DNA of 64,000 nucleotides. Source: an uncultured Candidatus Saccharibacteria bacterium (GTDB taxonomy: Bacteria; Patescibacteriota; Doudnabacteria; UBA920; O2-02-FULL-48-8). A program made the position numbers and the translations under genes. Location of the stretch: assembly GCA_964605735.1 (NCBI GenBank), contig CAZSDS010000001.1, positions 198,771 to 262,770 of the forward strand, written 5' to 3'. Of the stretch, positions 58,247-64,000 are shown piece after piece. The notes under the pieces are model-generated. The model searched no databases. It was not told where the DNA came from and was given only the letters and a program-made list of their open reading frames with translations. The stretch's first letter is position 1. Every line of letters starts with the position of its first letter.

Positions 58247-59740
58247 TTACGAGTATGATTGCTTGAATTCTGTTATCGCCTTTTTCAAATCCTCTTCAAT
58301 TTCTGAAAAATCTTTGATGGTTGGGGTTTTCTCAACAAGTGCTTTGTATTGGATATCCAGGAATTTAGTGAACTTGCTTTCCCAGTCGCGGACCTTCTCA
58401 ACTTCAACATCGTCAAGGTAACCGTTTGTCGCGGCGTAAAGCACTGCCACCTGATGCCCAACAGGCACAGGCGCAAACTGGTCTTGCTTTAAAACTTCAG
58501 TAAGTCTGCGCCCCAACTCAATTTTGGCGCGTGTCTGCGGATCCAAATCAGAGGCGAACTGCGCAAAAGCTGCCAGCGCGCGGAATTGCGCAAGATCCAG
58601 TCGCAATTTTCCGGCAACTTTTTTAACTGCCTTTGTCTGAGCTGCTGACCCAACGCGGGACACCGACAAACCAACGTTCAACGCAGGCCTTATGCCTTGA
58701 TAGAACAAGTCGGTTTCCAAATAAATTTGACCATCTGTAATGGAAATAACGTTAGTTGGAATATACGCCGAGACATCACCGGCTTGGGTTTCAATAATCG
58801 GCAATGCAGTCAGAGAACCTGCACCTTTTTCGTCATTTAACTTTGCTGCGCGCTCAAGCAGGCGAGAATGCAGATAGAAAACATCGCCTGGGTAGGCTTC
58901 GCGACCCGGCGGACGGCGCAGGAGCAAAGAAATTTCGCGGTACGCAACAGCGTGCCTGGAAAGGTCATCGTAAACAATCAAAGCGTGCTTGCCGCTGTCC
59001 ATAAAATACTCACCCATGGCACAACCGGCAAACGGCGCAATGTAAGACAAAGCAGCAGGATCAGACGCCCCAGCAACCACAATAATTGTGTGCTTTAAAG
59101 CATCATGTTTTTCCAATTCCCCCATTATTCGGGCAATTTTAGATTCCTTCTGGCCAATCGCGACATAAATACAAATAACATCTTTGCCTTTTTGGTTGAT
59201 GATTGTATCGATTGCAACCGCAGTTTTACCGGTCTGGCGGTCACCAATGATCAATTCGCGCTGACCCTTACCAATGGGAATCATGGAATCGATAGCCTTG
59301 ATTCCGGTTTGCAGCGGCTCATGCACTGATTTTCTTTCCATAACACCCGGAGCAATTTTTTCAACCGGATTAGTTTTGTCTGTCTTGATAGGACCCTTGT
59401 TATCAAGCGGCTGACCAAGCGGATTCACAACACGGCCTATCAATTCTTCACCTACCGGCACTGATAAAACGTTTCCAGTTCCTTTTACGTGGTCACCTTC
59501 CTTGATGTGCGCATATTCACCAAGAAGAATCGCACCAATGGAATCCTCTTCCAAGTTTAAAGCCACTCCCAGGGTTCCGCCTGGGAATAGAAGCATTTCT
59601 GAGGCTTTAACATTCGAAAGACCACTGATCTTGGCAATGCCGTCACCTACCTGAATCACTGTACCAACTGTTTCAGCCTTGGCCTCAGTTTTAAACTTTT
59701 CGATTCTGTCGCGCAGCTGCGCTATTACATTTTGGCTCAT
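58247..59740 (-). CDS. atpA: F1Fo ATP synthase alpha subunit
   Basis: 497 aa with the P-loop GDRQTGKT. Confidence 0.9.
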   Translation of the reverse strand: MSQNVIAQLRDRIEKFKTEAKAETVGTVIQVGDGIAKISGLSNVKASEMLLFPGGTLGVALNLEEDSIGAILLGEYAHIKEGDHVKGTGNVLSVPVGEELIGRVVNPLGQPLDNKGPIKTDKTNPVEKIAPGVMERKSVHEPLQTGIKAIDSMIPIGKGQRELIIGDRQTGKTAVAIDTIINQKGKDVICIYVAIGQKESKIARIMGELEKHDALKHTIIVVAGASDPAALSYIAPFAGCAMGEYFMDSGKHALIVYDDLSRHAVAYREISLLLRRPPGREAYPGDVFYLHSRLLERAAKLNDEKGAGSLTALPIIETQAGDVSAYIPTNVISITDGQIYLETDLFYQGIRPALNVGLSVSRVGSAAQTKAVKKVAGKLRLDLAQFRALAAFAQFASDLDPQTRAKIELGRRLTEVLKQDQFAPVPVGHQVAVLYAATNGYLDDVEVEKVRDWESKFTKFLDIQYKALVEKTPTIKDFSEIEEDLKKAITEFKQSYS

Positions 59741-59741
59741 A

Positions 59742-60140
59742 TTAGTCTGCTAACTTTCCTTTTAAGTCTTCAAGCGATTTCTTAACCGAGGCGTCGATCA
59801 GAGTGTCGTCCATCTTTATGATGACACCGCCCAGTATTTTTTCATCAACCTTTTTCTTAAGTTCCACTTCCGCGTTTACCATCTTGTTCAAGTGTTCAAC
59901 AATTTCCTTTTCTGAACGCTTGTCCAAAGGTTTTGCTGATGTAACCTCAGCAATCTTTATCCCTTTCTCGCCTTTTTCAATTTTTTCGAATTCAAGGGAA
60001 ATTTCCTCGAACATCCCGGTGTCATTGTTCAGTGCCAAGGCTTGGACAAAATTACCGAGGACTTTGTCATGATCTTCTGCTCTTGTGTCCTGGAGGCTCT
60101 CATATAGAGTTTTGGCGTATTGGTGTGCAGTTAGCTTCAT
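59742..60140 (-). CDS. atpH: F1Fo ATP synthase delta (OSCP) subunit, short form
   Basis: 132 aa. The C-terminus [25 protein letters not shown] is delta-like. The position between atpF and atpA is conserved. Confidence 0.6.
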   Translation of the reverse strand: MKLTAHQYAKTLYESLQDTRAEDHDKVLGNFVQALALNNDTGMFEEISLEFEKIEKGEKGIKIAEVTSAKPLDKRSEKEIVEHLNKMVNAEVELKKKVDEKILGGVIIKMDDTLIDASVKKSLEDLKGKLAD

Positions 60141-60751
60141 CCCAAGTCCTTTATTGAGCCTGCCACCAGCTCTTTGTCTTTGCTGGAATCAAGCTTACTT
60201 CTAAGGATTTTTTCAGAGGCGGAAACTACCAAATCAGCCACATTTTGCCTGACATCCTTCAGCATTTGGTTTTTTTCATTTTCAATAGCTGTTTTAGCCT
60301 GTTCAATCATTTTGTTTGCCTGATCCTGTGCACTTGTTATTGTTTCCTGCCTTACTTTATCCGCGGTTTCAGATGCAGTTTTCAGGACTTTCTCAGCTTC
60401 AGATCTGACTTTTTGCATCTCCTGCATTTTCCATTCGTCGAATTTCTTCTTTTCATCTTCCATATACGCAGCGTTTTTTAATCCGGACTCGATTTTTTCT
60501 TGTCTAGCTGTTAAAGTGGCGCCAAGCGGCTTAACCACCCACTTCCAGAATATAAATAAAACAATCGCAAAGTTAACCAACTGGGCAAGAAAAAGTTTCC
60601 AGCTAATCCCCAACGTACCTAATGGTCCGGTTGCTGCTTCTTCAGTTGCGTGTGCTGCGTCTTGGGCAACTTCAGCTGCTGTGTGAACGGCTTCGGGTGA
60701 TGCGTTTTGTACAGCCTCAGTGGCTGCCATCAATATTGAGTGAAAATCCAT
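60137..60751 (-). CDS. atpF: F1Fo ATP synthase b subunit (with Ala/Glu-rich N-terminal extension)
   Basis: The ATG at 60751 (MDFHSILMAA...) was chosen. There is a TM helix (FLAQLVNFAIVLFIFWKWVV) and then a long coiled coil. The ORF-track start at 60823 falls inside a GC-rich intercistronic hairpin. Confidence 0.6.
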   Translation of the reverse strand: MDFHSILMAATEAVQNASPEAVHTAAEVAQDAAHATEEAATGPLGTLGISWKLFLAQLVNFAIVLFIFWKWVVKPLGATLTARQEKIESGLKNAAYMEDEKKKFDEWKMQEMQKVRSEAEKVLKTASETADKVRQETITSAQDQANKMIEQAKTAIENEKNQMLKDVRQNVADLVVSASEKILRSKLDSSKDKELVAGSIKDLG

Positions 60752-60826
60752 AATATAAGTTACTTCCTGTGGCCATCCTGAGGACGGTTCGCTTAAACAG
60801 CGTCCACCCCAGAATGGCGACACGAC

Positions 60827-61099
<273 letters not shown>

Positions 61100-61186
61100 T
61101 TAATTCTTGTGGTTTATTATTCGGTCGGCGGAGCGCAAAAGTGAATGTTTAAAAATTTTAAGCACTCAATTTTGGGCTCAACAACT

Positions 61187-62020
61187 TTAATTCCCGGCAA
61201 CAGGATGCTCGTCAGCCTCATGCGCAACACTATGAACCGGCGCAGTGGCCATGGTTAAATAAACCAAGGTCAGCATGGAAAATACTACAGCCTGTATCAT
61301 ACCCACAAGCAGTTCAAGCAACATAAAAGGCAATGGCACAAAGTAGGCAATCAATCCTGCCAGCACCGTCAGGAGCACTTCACCGGCAAAAACATTGCCG
61401 AATAATCGAAGCGATAGCGAAACCATTTTGGCAACTTCAGAAAACAACTCAATTATACCAACACCAAACTCAATACCTGCAACCATAATATGAGTACCGC
61501 CTTTTTTGAATCCGTGAATCAAATCCCCAACTTTGATAAATTTATTCGCGTACTTGAAGAAACCAATTGCAGCAACACCGAATACATGTGAAGCAATCAC
61601 AGCAAAAACAGCCATGGCCAAAGTCATATTTAAGTCAGTGTTTGCGGGACGGAAAATCGGCACCAGTTCTGTGTGTCCGTGCATGACCAACCAACGGCCA
61701 ACAGAACCAATCCCAGGCAACAAGCCCATCCAGTTTGTAATCAAAATAAATAAAAACAGTCCGCCTACTATTGGCAAAAACTGCATTGATTTCTTCCTGT
61801 CCTTTGTAACTTGGTCTACATATCCAAGCATAAATTCAAGAACACCCTCAGCAGCGTTTTGCAGGCCTGTAGGAATCTCTGATGTGCGCTTTCTGAGCAA
61901 TAAACCAATTACTAAAAACAACAAAACAGCCAATGTGGAGTTTATGTACGCATTGGTTATTGGAAAACTCCCGATATGGAAGATTGGTTCAGCTACTAGA
62001 GGTGGTAAAGCTAGGATCAT
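61187..62020 (-). CDS. atpB: F1Fo ATP synthase a subunit
   Basis: 277 aa, polytopic, with the conserved Arg in the SLRLFGNVFAGE region. Confidence 0.8.
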   Translation of the reverse strand: MILALPPLVAEPIFHIGSFPITNAYINSTLAVLLFLVIGLLLRKRTSEIPTGLQNAAEGVLEFMLGYVDQVTKDRKKSMQFLPIVGGLFLFILITNWMGLLPGIGSVGRWLVMHGHTELVPIFRPANTDLNMTLAMAVFAVIASHVFGVAAIGFFKYANKFIKVGDLIHGFKKGGTHIMVAGIEFGVGIIELFSEVAKMVSLSLRLFGNVFAGEVLLTVLAGLIAYFVPLPFMLLELLVGMIQAVVFSMLTLVYLTMATAPVHSVAHEADEHPVAGN

Positions 62021-62023
62021 TAA

Positions 62024-62272
62024 CTAATTCTTTGAGTCTCTTATATATTGTTTAAATTTCTTGGTTAACCATACTGTGGTTAAGACGATAGCCAGAATAA
62101 TTCCTCCAAGAGTCAGGAACGGTTCTGTTGAATATTTCCCGTCCAAATATTTGCCCAAAAGCCCTAAAACCACCAACGGAACGGCAATAATATAGCCCAT
62201 ATCCAAAGCCAGGTTGACCATATGCCATTTGCTGAACTTTGTTTGATTCTGTTTCTCGTTAGGGTTATTCAT
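62024..62272 (-). CDS. ATP synthase protein I-like small membrane protein (AtpI/AtpZ-like)
   Basis: 82 aa with 2 TM. It is the first gene of the operon, 3 nt upstream of atpB. Confidence 0.5.
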   Translation of the reverse strand: MNNPNEKQNQTKFSKWHMVNLALDMGYIIAVPLVVLGLLGKYLDGKYSTEPFLTLGGIILAIVLTTVWLTKKFKQYIRDSKN

Positions 62273-62355
62273 TTTGGCGCAGAAAGTGTAACAAAAAAAC
62301 GTCGAATCGGCAAGACTGGCGTTTTTTGGCAGTATTGACTTTTCGTTATGCTAAC

Positions 62356-62376
62356 TGGAGCCAGAGGTGGGAATCG
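62356..62376. repeat. 21-nt direct repeat of the tRNA-Thr 3' end (second copy at 62497-62517)
   Basis: tggagccagaggtgggaatcg occurs at 62356-62376 and again at 62497-62517. The second copy is the T-loop/acceptor/CCA end of tRNA-Thr. The first copy is not part of a complete tRNA. Confidence 0.6.
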
Positions 62377-62496
62377 GTTCGTCGCCTCAAGCTCCTCACC
62401 CTGGGCAGCGCCGAAACGTGCACTGCACGTTCCGTCGACGCTCGCTGCGCATTGCTATGATAGCTCGCTTCTGCCCGTTCGATTCCAGCTATTTTT

Positions 62497-62572
62497 TGGA
62501 GCCAGAGGTGGGAATCGAACCCACGACCTCTGCTTTACGAAAGCATTGCTCTACCAACTGAGCTACTCTGGC
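62497..62572 (-). tRNA. tRNA-Thr (CGU), CCA encoded
   Basis: GCCAGAGUAGCUCAGUUGGUAGAGCAAUGCUUUCGUAAAGCAGAGGUCGUGGGUUCGAUUCCCACCUCUGGCUCCA, with anticodon loop UUCGUAA. Confidence 0.85.
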
Positions 62573-62605
62573 CCGAAAGCCTGGTTATTATAACAGAAAA
62601 ACAGC

Positions 62606-64000
62606 TTATTTTCTAAGCTGTTTAGTCTCCTCTATCAGCGCCTGGATCATGTCTATACCGGCTTGCCAGAATTTACGGTCGTTTAAATCTATTCCTAATG
62701 GAGCAAGCAATTCCTGAGGCGAAGCAGTTAATCCAGCCTTCATCAGTTCAATATATTTAGGAACAAAAGCCTGTCCTTCCTGTTTGTATTTAGCGTACAG
62801 CGCGAAAACCAGCATTTCACCAAATGCATAAGAATAGACATAGAATGGCCAATGGAAAAAGTGCGGAACACTTCCCCACCAGTGCTTATAATTTTCAGTA
62901 AAGCTCATTGACTTGCCGAACATCTGAGTTTGCGTATCCAGCCAAAGCTGGTTGATAATCTCCGGCGCAAGCTCTCCGTCTGTTTTATGTTTATTGTGCA
63001 AAGCCATTTCAAACTGGTGCATAGAAGTTTGCCGGTACACGGTTGCGATTATGCGCTCAATCTTTCCGGCATACAGACTAAAAAGCTCTTCCTTGTCGGT
63101 AATCTTTTCTTTCAAGTCATCAAACAAAAGCATTTCAGCAAACACACTGGCAGTCTCAGCCAGAACAAGAAAAGTGCCATAGTTTGTAACGGGCCTTTCA
63201 CTCAGATACAAGTCATTGATACCATGTCCCAGCTCATGTGCCATTGTGCTAACATCTTCAATCCGCCCTTTATAGTTAAGCAGAATAAGCGGGTGTCTGT
63301 CCGGAGTTCCTCCCTGACAGTAGGCTCCGCCCCGTTTCTCAGGCATAACAGGAGCGTGAATCCATGAATTGTCAAAAAACATTCGAGCCTTCTTCTCAAA
63401 TTCAGGAGAAAACTTCCGGAAAGCATTTAAAACAAGATCTTTAGCTTCTTCGTAACTGAAATGGGACTTGCTCTCAGAAAATGGGGCATACCGGTCATAA
63501 TCAAACAGATGGTCATACCCAAGCCATTGTTTTTTGTGGTTGTAATAATCTTCCACCAAAGAATAGTTGTCAGAGACAACGGAAACCATAGCATCAACCA
63601 CTTTTGGGTCAATATCATTGTCCAAATGGCGGGACTGGTCCGGTGTCGTGAATTTTGTCAGACTGTCGTTAATCTCCTTATCTTCCACTAGGGTATTCAT
63701 GATAAAAGCGGTAAGTTTTGATTCCTGATTAAGTACCCTCCCGATTGATTCACTTGCGGCTTTCCGTTTTTCTCTGTCAGAATCATGCAAAAGATTGGAA
63801 ACTTCTTCAATAGTGTACTCAACTTTTTCGCCATCCACCTGCAAAGGGAACCTCAACCTAGTTCTTTCTTCGTCAAAAAGTCTTCCAAAAGCACTGGAAC
63901 TCGTTAAAGATTTTTTCTGCAAAATAATCTCTTCCTGTTCCGACAATCTGTGCGGTTTGAAAATAATCATTCTTTTCAAATAATATCGGTACTCTGAAAG
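62606..64000 (-). CDS. pepF: Oligoendopeptidase F (M3B family), N-terminus outside window
   Basis: The HExxH zinc motif MAHELGHG is present. The frame stays open upstream to the window edge, so the TTG/ATG at 63979/63970 is not necessarily the true start. Confidence 0.8.
   Translation of the reverse strand, partial: LSEYRYYLKRMIIFKPHRLSEQEEIILQKKSLTSSSAFGRLFDEERTRLRFPLQVDGEKVEYTIEEVSNLLHDSDREKRKAASESIGRVLNQESKLTAFIMNTLVEDKEINDSLTKFTTPDQSRHLDNDIDPKVVDAMVSVVSDNYSLVEDYYNHKKQWLGYDHLFDYDRYAPFSESKSHFSYEEAKDLVLNAFRKFSPEFEKKARMFFDNSWIHAPVMPEKRGGAYCQGGTPDRHPLILLNYKGRIEDVSTMAHELGHGINDLYLSERPVTNYGTFLVLAETASVFAEMLLFDDLKEKITDKEELFSLYAGKIERIIATVYRQTSMHQFEMALHNKHKTDGELAPEIINQLWLDTQTQMFGKSMSFTENYKHWWGSVPHFFHWPFYVYSYAFGEMLVFALYAKYKQEGQAFVPKYIELMKAGLTASPQELLAPLGIDLNDRKFWQAGIDMIQALIEETKQLRK

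Noticed and set aside
62356-62517. Intact prophage or integrative element at tRNA-Thr
   Set aside because: Only 120 bp separate the direct repeats, and no integrase or cargo genes are present. It was reported as a scar or repeat only.

Overview
This 64-kb window comes from a low-GC (roughly 40%) bacterium with a compact genome. Genes are tightly packed and mostly on the minus strand. The core is housekeeping: def-fmt, gltX, rpmA, pyrG, rplI, ftsEX, prfB (with its programmed +1 frameshift, not a pseudogene), dut, secE-nusG-rplK-rplA, gyrB, a pheS-type gene, cca, a complete atpI-B-E-F-H-A-G-D-C F1Fo ATP synthase operon, a partial pepF, and four tRNA genes (fMet, Met, Asp, Thr) that all encode CCA. 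Several features together resemble streamlined CPR/Patescibacteria-like genomes (inference only): a monomeric mitochondrial-type PheRS with no pheT, a UvrD-RecB-nuclease fusion, many small membrane ORFans, and large Fn3/TSP3 surface proteins. Interspersed are GC-rich (about 55%) islets that look horizontally acquired. The largest is a tmk-thyX-dcd thymidylate module (17.4-21.2 kb) whose ThyX is long and has an altered substrate-binding motif. Other points of interest: (i) a PheRS alpha-like catalytic core fused to a C-terminal anticodon-binding domain, next to a standalone tRNA-binding domain gene; (ii) two GC-rich, roughly 350-410 nt intergenic regions (28.2-28.6 kb on + and 32.2-32.5 kb on -), each with a near-consensus sigma70-type promoter and an intrinsic terminator, best explained as unclassified structured ncRNAs; (iii) a GGDEF diguanylate cyclase next to a C39-like peptidase; (iv) a membrane-protein gene inserted inside the rplK-rplA operon; (v) a 21-nt direct repeat of the tRNA-Thr 3' end, consistent with an integration scar. 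No CRISPR array, transposase or intact prophage was seen.
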